Position numbers and translations under genes: made by a program. 64,000 nt of DNA from Leidyana gryllorum EB-2025a (lineage: Eukaryota; Protista; Apicomplexa), in NCBI GenBank assembly GCA_048772705.1, contig JBLWGC010000121.1, forward strand, positions 1 through 64,000. Direction: 5' to 3'. Each line of letters opens with the position of its first letter. Position 1 is the stretch's first letter. A model generated the notes under the pieces. That model did no database searches, was not told the origin of the DNA, and saw only the letters and a program-made list of their open reading frames with translations. Positions 24,376-37,650 of this stretch are shown here, piece by piece.

Positions 24376-26549
24376 ATGTCAAGACAGTCTGGCTGGTCCA
24401 GCACTGCACCCGCCGCCACGGCTGCAAATGCTGTACCAGTTGGAGGAGGAAGCGCCACCGCCACGTCCTCAACAACCAACAGCAACCTCGCACCCGGAGG
24501 TGACTCTGTTCTTTCCGTAGCCGATAAGCTCGTGAGTTCACAATCCTTCCCCCTAACATTTATAACACACCCACTATCACAGAGACAAGCGGCTGACTTG
24601 GGCAACGTTCTAGTGCCGCTCGATGCTGCAAGCAAACACGCGCGCAAAATATACATTGGCAATCTACCGCCTTCTGCTACTAGCGAACAAGTCATCACAC
24701 AGTTCTTCAATCAGACGCTGGCAGTCCTTCTTCCGAACAAACCGCCTGGCGACTCCATCATCGGAACTTACCTCAATGTACAGAAGCGTTTCGCATTCAT
24801 CGAAAATCGCTCCATTGAGGAAACTACCTTCACACTTAGCTTGGATGGCATCCAAATGGTAAGAACGCCCAACGACGCTCCGCCACCCATATCTATTCAG
24901 GACGAATACGCCCTCAAACTCCGGCGACCGCAGGACTATAACCCCCAACTCGCTACACAGCAATTATCCGCCGAGATGCGCCTGAAAGGGGGCATATCGT
25001 CTCTACGAGGAGCGTGGAACCCGATGCAGCAAAGTGCTGAATCCCAGGGGCAAGCAACCAGCAACCCTGGAATCATTTCCACCTCAGTCGAAGACGGACC
25101 TCACAAAGTCTTCATAGGAGGACTACCCCATCACATGGCTGAACAAGATGTAAAAGAGTTACTATCGGCATACGGGCCGCTCAAAGCATTCCATTTGGTT
25201 AAGGATCGCGAACTCGATCGCAGCAAAGTAAGCCCATCGCCCATAATGCCCTTACTGTACGATCGTGGCCGTTTGTCATATATTTTCCTACCAACGGATC
25301 CATCAATACAATTGTGTTGTAATTGTTCGATCGCTACTGACTTACTGCCCGGCTGCAAGTCAATGTGCGTGTAATGCACACCGGCATCACTGTCACTGTT
25401 GCTCTCTCTCAAATCAATACCTCTTTCTCCGTAGGGGTTTGCCTTCTGTGAATGGCGGGATCCTGCTGTGACAGATGTGGCCTGTCAATCACTGAACGGA
25501 ATGAAGGTCGGCGATCGGTTTCTGAATGTTAGAAGGGCGGTACCCCACTCGACGCACAGAGGCAGCGGGGGTGCTTCTATTACGACCGACAATATGCCCA
25601 CGTTGGCGCTGCCGTATTTGCCCCCAATTGACACCAAACCTCTGCCTCCAATTCAAAAAGGGATTCCCCCGCTAGAACTCCCTCCAATAGCCAAATATCT
25701 AATGGCTGAGACTGCGTAAGCTGCATTGTCCCCATCAGGTCCTCCCTTCATCCATTTACTGTGCAGTCAGAGCAGCCGGTGCCTAGCAGTTCGAAACGTC
25801 GTCCCGTCTGAACCTGAAGTCCCAGTGGAAGTAGATCGCGTCCAGAAAATCATGGATGAGGTCAAGTCTAGAGCCGCTTCCCTCGGGCGAGTGCGGTCCG
25901 GCATATTTCATCATTCTGAGGGCGGCCGTATTTTGGTCGAGTTTTCCACACCCGAAGAAGCCGCAGATGCCCAGAAAATATTCCGTCACTCCAAAGTTCA
26001 AGGCAAGGAGATCGAATGCGGCTTGGCGGAAATGATTCCTGAGCTGCGGAAAGGTGAGCGAGACACACCGCACACGATTTTGCGCACACACGCGTTGTGG
26101 CAAGTCAAGGGTGCTCTTCTGACCTCTTATACACTTCCCTTCCTTCTTCAGCATGTCTCAATCGGATCTTAGCCGAGGCGTCCATGCTGTCGCGGTTGGA
26201 TCTGAATGGTCGAAATCTGTACAATGAGGCTCAGAAGTCGACCTCGAGTGAGAAGAAGATACGGAGGGAGAAGATCCTCAAAGAGATAGACCAGGAGGAA
26301 GCAGCGCAACAACAACAACAACAGTCAACACCACCGGCTGCTGACACCGCGCCGGCGAAATGCGACCCGGGCGCGGACTCTAAATCCTCCGTTCCTCTCA
26401 AGGTGGAAGAGACTGGAGCCGACACCATGTGTGATGGTGGCGATAACGATCAACAGCCCCCTATGGCAGAGGGTGGCAGTCGATCTGAGTCCAAAGGCAC
26501 AGCTCCCACACCTATGGGGGATGAGAGGGGTCCGCCGGCTGGCGATTAG
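24376..26549 (+). CDS. U2AF2: U2AF large subunit (U2AF65)-like splicing factor, multi-exon
   Basis: ARKIYIGNLPP, FAFIE, LKLRRPQDYNP, GIISTSVEDGPHKVFIGGLP and SK/GFAFCE across intron 25228-25434. The third RRM/UHM is divergent and no RS domain is visible. Confidence 0.85.
25261..25383 (+). ncRNA. Candidate intronic H/ACA snoRNA
   Basis: Hairpin, then H box ATACAA (25306-25311), then a second hairpin, then ACA (25378-25380), all inside an unusually long 207-nt intron. Confidence 0.4.
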
Positions 26550-26553
26550 CTTC

Positions 26554-28696
26554 TCAAGTCTCCACTGTAAGGGGGGTTTCGACAGTGCTCAGCCCGAGTG
26601 GCACCACTTCAATGCCGATATCGACCGCGCGATACCCGAACGCAATCTCAGGGTCGTTACGACCACTCTCGTCCCAAGTGACCAGTGGTGGTCCTGCATT
26701 GCAGCACAGGTCCCGAAGCGCATCCAGCACTTTCCGCCAGTACCACACGAACACTCTGTGGAACCAGGAGGGATTTGAACGTGCGCCAGCCGATATGCTT
26801 TTGGATGTGCCAGATATGGTATCCGCGACCCCTATGAGAGTGCCTTCTACATTTAGCTGCTTGTCATCCGAAAGGAGCAGGAGCGCCACTGGATCAACCG
26901 ATTCTTCTGCTATATTGGCGGGAGAGTAAATACAGGATCTATCAACTCGAAGAAAGGGCACCCGATGAGACTGCAGACACCAAAATGTATCCCTCGTACT
27001 CTCTATCACACACACACACACCTTCACACATACACACATACACACTCACACAACTGACACATCGCGCAACAGATCTCTTCCCGCATCACTTAGAGTGGGC
27101 GTCGTATCCGGCCACGATGCGGGGGAGGGTAGTCCCTCTCCTCCGTTGAAAACACTCTCTCATTCACTCACAACAGGGCGGAACACGACCAATTTGACAT
27201 CACACCACATAGAGAGAGATGAATTGGCGCGCTTACTCGACTAATATTGAGGGGCAGAGTGATGCCGTCTAAGTCGTCTTGATAGCAGAAGACAATGCAG
27301 AGTACAATGGTGAACAGGACTTCTGTAACATGGAGAGAGCTTGTGACATTGAGCAAGATCCTGCCTCCACGATAGGCATCTTCTGCCAACGTTAGGTCTA
27401 CGTCATGCCAGACCCGTTGATACCAGAACACTGCGATGGATTGGATGAGTGCCGCTGCTGTCGCAGCAAACATAAGACGGAATTGGAGCTGTTCTCTACG
27501 CAGTTTTTCTATCATCTGAGGTGTGACTTGTTCATCTCCCTCTCGAGATGCATCCTCCAACTGTCGCTTTCGACACCGGACAAACTTGAGTGATCGCCGT
27601 ATCGAGCCCATGCTGCTCAACAGGAACACCATCTGGTACACTAGCAATAGAGCCCATCCGTAAGAGTCGGTTCCGTCGACACTGAAGGAGGCGAACCCAG
27701 TGATCACCTGTTCGAACCGTAAAGTGGATCTGTAGGCCTGATTACAACACTCACGTAGAAGAGAGTCATTCCAACTTCCCGCTCCGTTAACGCAGTTCGG
27801 CTGATACCCAGTCCTTTCGAAACGGTCATCCAACTTCCCAAGTACACTATTAGCCAGATACTCTCTCCCAGCCCCTCGAAAACTCTCAGCAACACGACAA
27901 TCGCTCCGTCCTGCTGATGTACCGTGGCCAGGTAGATTACCGTTGCACAACTCAAAGCAATTAGCTTCCCTTTCATCCCACAGGATAGAAGAGCGCGCAT
28001 TGGACTGGTCTCTATCAACCGTAACTGCACCCGAATCGGCATCCTATCCTGTGACTTGGTCCAGATAGCGTGGAAGATGATCCAGATGGCCAGTCTCAGC
28101 AAGGTGAGAGCCAAAAATGCTTCAGCAATCACAGGATGTAACATTGGCAGGTTGTCGAATGACACGGGCCACACAGGTGATCGTTCTTTCGCATACTCTG
28201 CTCGCAAGAATTCAGCTCGAGCTCGTTCAATTGGGTGGCAATTGTCCACGTAGAAAGATTGCGGGAACGGAACTGTTCCGAACAACTTGGTGGACGTCTG
28301 GAAACTCAGAAATTGTCTGGCCTTGCTGATTTCTTCAGCTTGCTGCAACTGTCGCATGGGGCCCATGAACAGAACAGCTGTGGTGCGTCCGATGCCTTCC
28401 AACAGGATGTTGAATTCTTGCTTGGCACAGTCACCATCGAAGAACCAGATTGGTGCTCCACCCAGTTGCCAACGGCTTACGGTGTCGTAGTAGGCCTTCA
28501 TTTGTGGGGTTCCAGCCCCCTTGGGCACCTTGGGAATGACGTTTCGAGAACGGTTCGCATGGCGCAGTAAATTCTGATGCATGAGAAGTTGATATACAAT
28601 GGTTAGCGCACACACGTGTGCTACCCACCATGCGCTCTGGAAATGATGTGCGGACTGGCAGGCTTGGGGCTCCTCGTTGGCATCGTCGATATTCAA
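26554..28696 (-). CDS. Hypothetical multi-pass membrane protein(s), multi-exon
   Basis: ORFs 27704-28696, 27168-27950 and 26554-27045 contain several hydrophobic helices. The gene structure is uncertain. Confidence 0.45.
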
Positions 28697-28849
28697 GAGC
28701 AGCCCATAAACTCCCTCCTGATTGTCCGGGAATCTTAGATCTTTCTACGGAACAAACTGGATAGAGTAAGCCGAGTGGGCTCTCGAAATGTATTCGAGTG
28801 CTTCGGACTCCTTTTAAAAAGGGGGCGAGCGTCCATAGGAGATATTTCA

Positions 28850-30110
28850 TAGCTCAGCCGCATGGAAGCGGTCCTGTACATGCAGCGAGTGCGCGCACCT
28901 CTCACTTGCCGTGGCGTTTTAGAGTGGGGACGACCAGCCATTTGGGTTTCTCAACCCGGTGTCGGATAGGTTCAATGTTGAAATCAGTCTGATAGGACCG
29001 ATCTTCGCGCGATCTGTCAACCTCTGGAACAGCTGCTTCGAACTCCTCTATCATAGCAGAATGCCGTTGGCGGGCGTGACTCCGTCTGCGTTCGTCCTCT
29101 TTTTGTATGTCAGCAGCTTTGGCTTGCAGTCGCTGACAGCGAACCTTGAGCACTTGCATCTCACCGATCATCCTCCTGAAGTTGTAGAGAAAATAGTGTA
29201 GGGGAGGTGCAGTCTGAAGAATTTCACTCACCATAGACAGTATATGAGGGCGTCCATGAACTCGCCCTTGACGAGCTTGAAGTGTAATCGTAGACTGTCG
29301 ACCTTCGGCAGGGCCATAGCAACATCGGCGATGACGAGCTCGCCTCGAACTCGATCATATGTAGCGTTGATGAGAGCTTGAGCTGGGAATTTGGTCCATT
29401 CTCTGGGTTGTGGGGGATGATTGTTTGTTGCAGCTATCGCACTACGACGGTGCCCTGTGGGGGGGTCCTGGGCACTCTTGGATGCTCGGGTACGCGCCAC
29501 AACGGCGAATTTGAAGAAGAGATAGGGCTCTGTCCCATCAAAGGACGCCTCAACATCTTTGCCAACCTTGAGATGGGGCTCCCACATTAGCATGGTGGTT
29601 CCATCATGGCCAATGTCCCAGGCTCTCCGGTAGTCCATTTCGGCCTCGATCTGTTTGAGCTCTCGAACTTTGCCTCGCGGTCTCCAAGTGGTCTTCATGA
29701 GCTCTCTGTGATGGGATGAAAGGTTAGCGGTAATGATTTGCCTATGGGGGCTGGCACACTCACTTGATCTCTTCTGCTGACACGATTTCGTCAAAGGCTA
29801 CACCGACCATATTGAGTTTCTCGTCTTCTCCCAAGAGTTGATCGTCTTCGGGTGCCGTCTCTGCGGGCGTTGTGAGGTGGCTGACTCGCCTTTGTCGAAT
29901 GCGTGATCGGCTTGACGGCGGCACATTGAGACCAGTGGCGGCGTCTAGCGTGTCGTCCTCGGCTTCCGCGTGATACGAGCGAGCCGATTGTGGAGGTATG
30001 ACGTCCATTACGGGAACATTGGTTACGTCTGTCCGTTGGGCCTCATCATCGGTAGCGACGTCGTCAGTTCGAAGATCGAAGTGTTCGTCTTCCTCCTCAC
30101 CAGAGTACAT
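28850..30110 (-). CDS. Hypothetical protein, multi-exon
   Basis: Successive ORFs 29760-30110, 29228-29794 and 28902-29234, each ending at a GTGAG donor-like site. Confidence 0.45.
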
Positions 30111-30186
30111 TGCACGAAACCAACGAAAGAGACTGTGGGAGCGAGCGAGCGTCAGATATATATAGGTTTTCCGGGCTCAACAATGC

Positions 30187-31857
30187 TCAACAATCGTTTG
30201 CACTATCATCATCTCGACCGACCAAATCGGTTTGTTTGGCGGCGGCGTGGCCTTCTTGTTCCTGTTGGACATAGTCATTCCACTTGTCAGAGTGAGGAAC
30301 GAGCTGAGTTGGGCTGACTTGTTCGGGTGTCCGGGGGCTTTCAGCATTGAAGTCGGTCAAGAAGGGAGGGTTTACCACATACGAGGTGCCCTGTTGTTCA
30401 CAACTCGCGGGATCCCGGAACTCGAGCTCAGCACCCTCGCGGATGATTTCTCCAAACTGATCGCTCTCTGTTCGTGTATTTACCCGAACTACAGTTTGCG
30501 GTGGTAAGTCCTCCCAATCCTCATCTGCGAATGCCCGCCGAATCACCTGACTCGCCACATCCTGAAACACATTGGCCTCCAAATTCCGTTTCCGTCTGTG
30601 CCCGACTATGCGACCAGTCCGATCCTTGTCGTCGTCTCGACTCGGAGGCGGCTGCAGGGTGATATCAAATCCGATGGCTCGGCGGGCGGCAATACAAACA
30701 CTCACCAGATACGGCTGTTCATACTCTGAGGCGTCGAACGTTCCAAACAAGTCGACCCGCTCCTGCATCAAATTCCTCGTACTGCCCTGATTCAATCGCG
30801 CAGCCACAAGTCTCTGCGTTAGGGAGGACACATCTGTTGCATTCGCAGAGAGAGTACTCTTCTTACCCGTACAAACCGCGCTTTGGGAGTTGGAGGCTCG
30901 AGGTCGGGGTTGATCTGTGATCAGCCATTGACTCAGACACACACACACACACCTGTAACTTACACTAAAGGTAGACTTGTTGGAATTGACCTGACGTTTG
31001 GTGGCTCGAGAAGCGAACACAGCGTCGGGTGCACTGCACGGAGACGTTCGGAAGGCGAGATCGACGGCGGCGGCACCCGGTATACGTTTGAGGTGTAACT
31101 CACATCGTCCCTTAGAGTCGGGTTCCCAGACCTCCTGGAAGCCGTGTACCTTCTCTTCCGGTATGCTTTGGGAGGCGAGCTCGAGATTTCTGGCAGTCTC
31201 GTTATGACAGAGTCGTCCGGCAGCGTTGAGTGTGCGTTTCCGGAGTTGTCTGGGGATGGTGTCATCGATTCCTGAGGAGGGAGAGTAGGATCCCTGAGTG
31301 AGAGCAGATCTGGCGGTCTGACACTCCGAGTTGCCGGCCGTATCGAGGATGGTGGGGGAGAGTATCTCTCGGACCTGATCCCTCTCATCTTCATTGACTG
31401 CCCGTCTCCACCGTCGTCCGGATCCCAGGTAGTATTCCCGGAAGGTCATATGCTTGAGGGCCTCGCGGTGGACATCTTTGACGTCGCTGAGATCAGTGCT
31501 GGTCTCGAGATGGTCTCTCCGGGGGCGACGCCGCAGTTCATAGGGCCGCGGCGTCTTGAAGCTCTGCTGCGTACTGCTGGTTGGGGCGCGTTGGTGGTTC
31601 TCGGAGGGAGTGGGTGGCGCGGGGCTACTGCCTAAGGAGGTCGTGCAGGCGTCAAACTGAGGTGAAGGAGCTGTGGAAGAGCCGACATCCTGCGGTGTGA
31701 CAATACTGGCTGTTTGGAGCTTGAGGAGTGGAGGTACTTCAGAGCGACATCTGTGAAGAGAGGGCTTATGGGGCACTACAGTTGTGAGGGGTGCTTCTGA
31801 CGATAGAGCCCTTTTTCTGCTATTGGTGGGGGTACGAATAATGGGGCTGTGCCTCAT
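30187..31857 (-). CDS. Hypothetical Ser/Pro/Thr-rich protein
   Basis: A 568-codon ORF divergent from PFK, probably with a short intron near 30920-30970. Confidence 0.6.
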   Translation of the reverse strand: MRHSPIIRTPTNSRKRALSSEAPLTTVVPHKPSLHRCRSEVPPLLKLQTASIVTPQDVGSSTAPSPQFDACTTSLGSSPAPPTPSENHQRAPTSSTQQSFKTPRPYELRRRPRRDHLETSTDLSDVKDVHREALKHMTFREYYLGSGRRWRRAVNEDERDQVREILSPTILDTAGNSECQTARSALTQGSYSPSSGIDDTIPRQLRKRTLNAAGRLCHNETARNLELASQSIPEEKVHGFQEVWEPDSKGRCELHLKRIPGAAAVDLAFRTSPCSAPDAVFASRATKRQVNSNKSTFSVSYRCVCVCLSQWLITDQPRPRASNSQSAVCTGKKSTLSANATDVSSLTQRLVAARLNQGSTRNLMQERVDLFGTFDASEYEQPYLVSVCIAARRAIGFDITLQPPPSRDDDKDRTGRIVGHRRKRNLEANVFQDVASQVIRRAFADEDWEDLPPQTVVRVNTRTESDQFGEIIREGAELEFRDPASCEQQGTSYVVNPPFLTDFNAESPRTPEQVSPTQLVPHSDKWNDYVQQEQEGHAAAKQTDLVGRDDDSANDC

Positions 31858-31894
31858 TGCATGTGCGCATGTGGTGTAATTTTTGTTGTCCAAT

Positions 31895-34800
31895 ATGATG
31901 CAGCGTGGCGATTCCCTTGCGCAGTTCTATCATGCTCGGTCGGTGATCATGAAGGAGGACGAGTTCAGTAGCCTCGACGCTACCTGCTCACCGCAACAGG
32001 CCGCCCGCCGCTTATGGCAACCCCCTTTGCCCAAGGCTCTCTGGGGTACCGTCCGTGCCGTACCGGACGAAACAGCGGCAGACTCGGTTCCTGACAACAA
32101 GGACATTGCCGACCTCTTCCCCCAAACCTTCCCGAACAGTAGAGTCATCAAGTTGGAACCCCATCGGGACGCTGGTGCAACTCCCCCAACACCTCTGCGT
32201 ATCGGAGTTGTTCTCAGTGGAGGCCAGGCGCCCGGTGGCCACAACGTTATCAGTGGCATCTACGATGCCATCAAAGCCTGGAACGCTCAGTCCCAACTCA
32301 TTGGCTTCCTCAATGGCCCTCATGGAGTCTTCACACACAATTACATTAACATAACTGATGATATGATGGCCAAATATCGAAATATGGGAGGCTTCGATAT
32401 GATCTGTAGCGGCAGACACAAGATTGAGAGCGAAGAACACAAGAATTCCTCTATGGTCATCTGCCGCAAATTAGACCTTCACGGTCTCGTTATCATTGGT
32501 GGCGATGACTCCAATACAAATGGAGCCATCCTCGCTGAGTATTTTGCCGCAAACCAGTGTAAAACGTGTGTTGTCGGCGTCCCAAAGACCATTGATGGGG
32601 ATCTACGCAACGAATACATTGAAACCTCCTTTGGCTTCGATACCGCCTGCAAAGTTTACTCTGAACTCATCGGAAACCTCTGCTGCGATGTCGCTACTTC
32701 CCAAGATCGCTATCATTTCGTCCGTCTCATGGGCCGCTCAGCCTCACACATCGCTCTCGAGTGTGCCCTCCAAACCCGACCCAACTTGACCCTCATCGGC
32801 GAGGAAGTCGAAGCCCAACAACGTACTTTGGGAAGTATCACCACACAAATCGCCGATATGGTCGAACGAAGGGCCAAAGACAATAAATGCTATGGCATCG
32901 TTTTGGTGCCCGAAGGATTGGTCGAATTCATCCCGGAGGTCGGCAAACTCATCGCTGAGATCAATGAGATCCTCGCCGCTGGACCCTTCGACCGCGCAAA
33001 ACTCTCACCGCCCGCCGCCTCTCTCTTCGATGCCCTCCCCACTGCCATCAGAGACACACTCCTGCTGGAAAGAGACTCCCATGGCAACGTCCAGGTGGCC
33101 AAGATCGCCACCGAACGTCTCCTCATCGATATGGTCGACACAGAACTACGAACCCGCAAGTTTACTGGACGCTTTATTCCAACCGCCCACTACTTTGGAT
33201 ATGAGGGACGCTGCGCTATGCCCTCCAACTTTGATGCCACTTATTGCTACGCCCTCGGATACACCGCCAGCGCTCTCGTGCAGCAGGGACTCAGCGGCTA
33301 TATGGCCGTTGTCCGCGATCTCACCAAAGCCCCCGTCTCCTGGCGGCCCGGTGGCTGTCCCATCACCTGGATGATGAACCTCGAGCGTCGCCATGGCAAA
33401 GACGTCCCCGTCATCAGAAAATGCCTCGTGGATCTAAATAGCCGTCTCTTCGAAGACTGGCGCCGCGCTCGCGAAGAATGGATGTACAAAGATTTATATT
33501 CCAATCCGGGACCCATCCAATTCGTTGGCCCCTCCTCAAACCTCCTCAACAATACCCTCAACTTCAAACCCGATCGTCTCTTGCCCTTCGTCGAAGAAAA
33601 TCACTGCTTCTTCCCCAAGAGTCTGAGCTGCCTCTCGGACCTCCAAAAGGAGCGTCTCGGCTATCGCGTCCCCGTCGCTTCAATCCTCCGCAACCCCAAA
33701 GCGCGGGCCACCATGGCCAAGAAATGTGGCTTCTCTGATGCACAACAAGAACGCTTCATCCGCAGAGCCTATCCTCTGCAGTCAGACTCTCACTGCATGA
33801 GAGCCTATGTCGTCGAGGGTACCGCTGGAAGCGCCAGAGTGTCTGACCTAAAAGTCGGTGTCGTTCTCTGTGGACAAGCCGTCCCCGGTGTCGCTAATGT
33901 ACTCCAAGGCCTCTTTGAGCGAATGAGTCTCGTTGGCGGCAGCGTCGTCGGCTTCAAGGGCATCAAGGGCCTCTTGGACGGTGACTACATCCACGTTGAA
34001 AGGGAACATCTCGCCCTCTACGTCAATCAAGGCGGATTCGAGATTCTCGGTCGAACGCCCGCACAACGGACCACTCTCCGTCGGGATGATGGACTGCAGA
34101 AAGTCGCCCGGACTTGTACAAAACTCAATCTCACGGGATTGGTACTCATCGGCGGAAAGTTCAGTCTTACCGATGCTGCTGTCCTCACAGAATATTTCTT
34201 GGCCCACGGTATGGAGACTCGAGTCGTCGGTGTACCCGCTAACTGCGAGAATAACGTTCGCCATCCCTTACTCGAACTCGGTATTGGATTCGACTCCACC
34301 AGCAAGGCCTACTCGTCACTGATCGGCAACCTGCTCACTGATGCTGCCTCTGCCAGAAAATACTGGTACTTCGTGCGCCTCATGGGCAATGTCACCAGTC
34401 ACATCGTCTTAGAGTCGGCCCTGCAGACACATCCCAACATGGTCGTCATCTCCGAAAAGTACGTGGAAGACAATCGCAATATAATGGATATTGTTCGAGA
34501 TGTTGCGGACTGTGTACAGTTGCGTGCCGCCCAGGGGAAGCAATTCGGTACTATTCTCATTCCCGAGGGACTCCTCACCTGTCTACCGCAAATGAAAGCT
34601 CTCCTAAGCGAAGTTGATGGCCTACTCTCCGTCGAAAAAGATCACGACCAGTTCAGAGAGGCTATGATGAATGATGAAATCGCTCAAACCAAATTCACTC
34701 CGTGGAGTGCCGCTCTCCTGAGGACATTGCCTTCATTCTTCAGATCCCAACTGGTGGCCAAAACACCCACTGGCCGCTTGGAGGTGAGTTTGGAGTCCAA

Positions 34801-35558
34801 TATTGGCAGCAGCAACATCGCTTTCCTCAGATTTCCGAACTCGCCACAGATCAACTGCTCGCAGAATGGGTAGCTTTGGAGTTGGAGCAACGCAAGCAAC
34901 AAGGCAGCTTCAAGGGGACCTTCAGCCCGGTCTGTCACTATCTCGGCTTCCAGGGACGTTCCACTTTGCCGTCCGACTTCGACTGTGCATTGGGTGTCGC
35001 TCATGGATACCTCGCCGGCATTGTGATTGAATCTGAACTGACAGGATTTGTCACATCTGTCAGAGGCCTCTGCGGAAGGCCGACTGACTGGCGATTCTCG
35101 GTGATCCCTCTCACGGCGCTCACTCGTGTCATGCCCGATGCCGAGGAGAAAATCTTCGGACGAAGGGTCCCTATCATCCCCGGACACGAAGTGGATCTTG
35201 AAGGCAGCTGTTATAAGGCTCTCGCAACTGGAGAAGAGCAGGTGAGCATATATCATGGTGCTATGGTGGAAAATGAGTTGTACAGTGGGAAACCAACGAT
35301 ACATATTGTAACCCGGGCCCTATCCAATTTGCTGGTCCTAGCGCAAGTATCTATAACCGCACTCTATTCGAAGAGCAATATGAATATATGGAGATGCTTG
35401 AACGCCTCGATAGCCTCACCGGTTATGTTGGAGGCATCTGTTCATTTGGAGTCAACAAAGACACCTTGACAACGGCTGTGGTCAGCCTCAAGGCGCTGGT
35501 TGACATAATTTCCGACGGACAGATCAGAGGTGTTTCGAATACACGGCCCTATTTGTGA
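31895..35558 (+). CDS. PFK: Pyrophosphate-dependent phosphofructokinase with fused catalytic (beta) and regulatory (alpha) halves, 3 exons
   Basis: The N-half has SGGQAPGGHNV, GGDDSNTN, PKTIDGD and RLMGRSASH. The duplicated C-half is degenerate (GGKFSLTD, PANCENN). Introns lie at about 34783-34830 and 35242-35285. Confidence 0.95.
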
Positions 35559-35575
35559 TCCTCCTCCTCCTTCCG

Positions 35576-37650
35576 TCACCCCAAACACCCGCTTGGTACA
35601 GCGAGGAGGCAAACGCAGAGTACTAAGAGCATAATAGAGTGATTGAAAAGCGAGGCGCTCAGCTCCGTCTTCCGTGATGTGGGGCTGCTTTCAGCTAAGA
35701 ATGAGTCAGCGGTCTCTTTTGTGCCTTCCGACCGCTCCTCGTATACCACTTCCAGTGGCACTGCTCGTTTTTCTTTCACGTGTAAATTGGCTTCGGGATC
35801 AACAGCATACGCAATGAGCTGTCCTATGATGGTCCCATTTTTCTCTTTCTCAACCAAATTCCCCTCAAGATGATACGTGGTTCGTTCACCGGGGCCAAGT
35901 CGTCGCGGATTGAATCTCAGATCGTCCCACTTCTTTCCTTTGGCTGGTCGTATGTGCTCTGGCCTCAGTAGGCTGATTGCGTCTCGCAGGTTCACCACAC
36001 CTCCATATAACGAAGAAGGCCGGGCCCAAGCATCAGTGGGCAATATACTCTGTCGCAGGACTCGTTTGATCTCCAACGCATCCAGATACGGATTCACATT
36101 GAGCAACACCGCTGCCGCGCCGGCGACATAGGCTGACGCTAATGACGATCCGAACTGCACACTATCTCCTTTCGTCTCTTCTGCGACGCGGAAGCGCGCT
36201 GATGGCGCTGCCAATGTGACACATCGCTCACCCCGATTGGTGGACGATGGGATTTCTTTGGGAAGCGCGCCTCCCACAGTGATGGAGTTCGGGAAGTTGT
36301 AACAGCCGTCATGAGCGTATGAGTGGGAGGTAGGCGGTCCGAGATGGGCACCGTCGTCCCCTGCAGGTGCAATATGCAATACGGCGGCGTCCGAGAGACG
36401 ACTGAAGGCTCGTTGCTTTGTGGAACTCCGTGGAGGATTGGGATCAGTTTGAGAGTAACTGCAACGGTTGTAAGCGTACGGCTTTTGCATATGACTCACG
36501 ATGTAACCACTATCTGGGCTCCGATAGAGTAACTCCAATCGAGGCATTCCAAATCATGAGAAATGTAGGCTATTGTCCCATTGGGAGGAACCCGTCGGCA
36601 TGCTGCAATCTGGACGTAGGGGGGTTTATTGGCGTGAGTGGATGCTATGACTTCTGCACAATGAGTTCCATGCGTCTTCAAAGCCTCCGCAGTGCTGTTG
36701 TCACTTGTTCCTGCCGTCCAGCTATGGAAGTCATCGACATAACCGTTGTCATCATCATCGTAGCCTGGGTCTCCCGTCAACTCGGCCTCATTCGTCCAAA
36801 TATTCCTTCCAAAGGGCAATCGTGATGTATCTACCCCATTGTCAATTAGTGCCACTACGGGTCGATATCGCTTCGGAGTCTCTCCAACTTGCTGCCAACC
36901 TTCTCCCAGACTGGCGAGACATGAAAACACCAGATGTTATGTTGCTTACCTCTCTAGCATCCGCCATTCTAAAGTGTCTGGCTCCCTTCCTAGCATGCTT
37001 CTGAGGGGACTGTCGTCGTGAATGTCCAGTTCGCGCAACTTGGGCACGGGGGCGCTTGGCATATCGATCTCCGCGTTGACAACAGTGTAGTATCTCTTGA
37101 GGAATCCAATGTCGCTTTGGATGTCTGCGATGCTGCACATGGTGTCCAGATTCTCGTAGTCCAGGACCACAATGCCCAGATGCTGTAGAATTGAGGCCCG
37201 CACAGCGCATTCCGAAGAATCATCTGTATCCTCAAACTTGCATTCTGGTGCGTGGGAGTTGAGGCAATCTCGGACTCGGCTGGAGTGTCGTGCTATTCGG
37301 TCGGAAGGGTCACCCAGCAACAGAAGCAACCTCTTGGACGACAAGTTGTACTTGTTGCGGAATAGCAGTTTCACGGTATTGTCAAGTAGCCGGCCCTGAG
37401 CACGAGGTATGTAACCAGCCATGAAGGGAGCGGAGACTGGTGTTGCATCGACAGCTAACGTTTGATTGAAAGACAGTGCCACATGAACATCCTTATCGGA
37501 GGAGTCATTGATCACTTCAATGTCGACGGTTCCGGTTCCAGACCCCGGATCCATCTTCAGCAATACTTCTTCGGTAGCGAATCGAATGGCATGAGCGCCT
37601 AACAAAGCCACTGGGCACAAGTGTGGCCAGAGGAGGCTCAGAACTTTCAT
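35576..37650 (-). CDS. Subtilisin-like (S8) serine protease with signal peptide, prodomain and hydrophobic C-terminus, 3 exons
   Basis: VVALIDNGVD (Asp), DDDDNGYVDD, HGTHCA (His) and GSSLASAYVAGAAA (Ser). The N-terminus looks like a signal peptide and the C-terminus like a TM or GPI tail. Confidence 0.85.
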
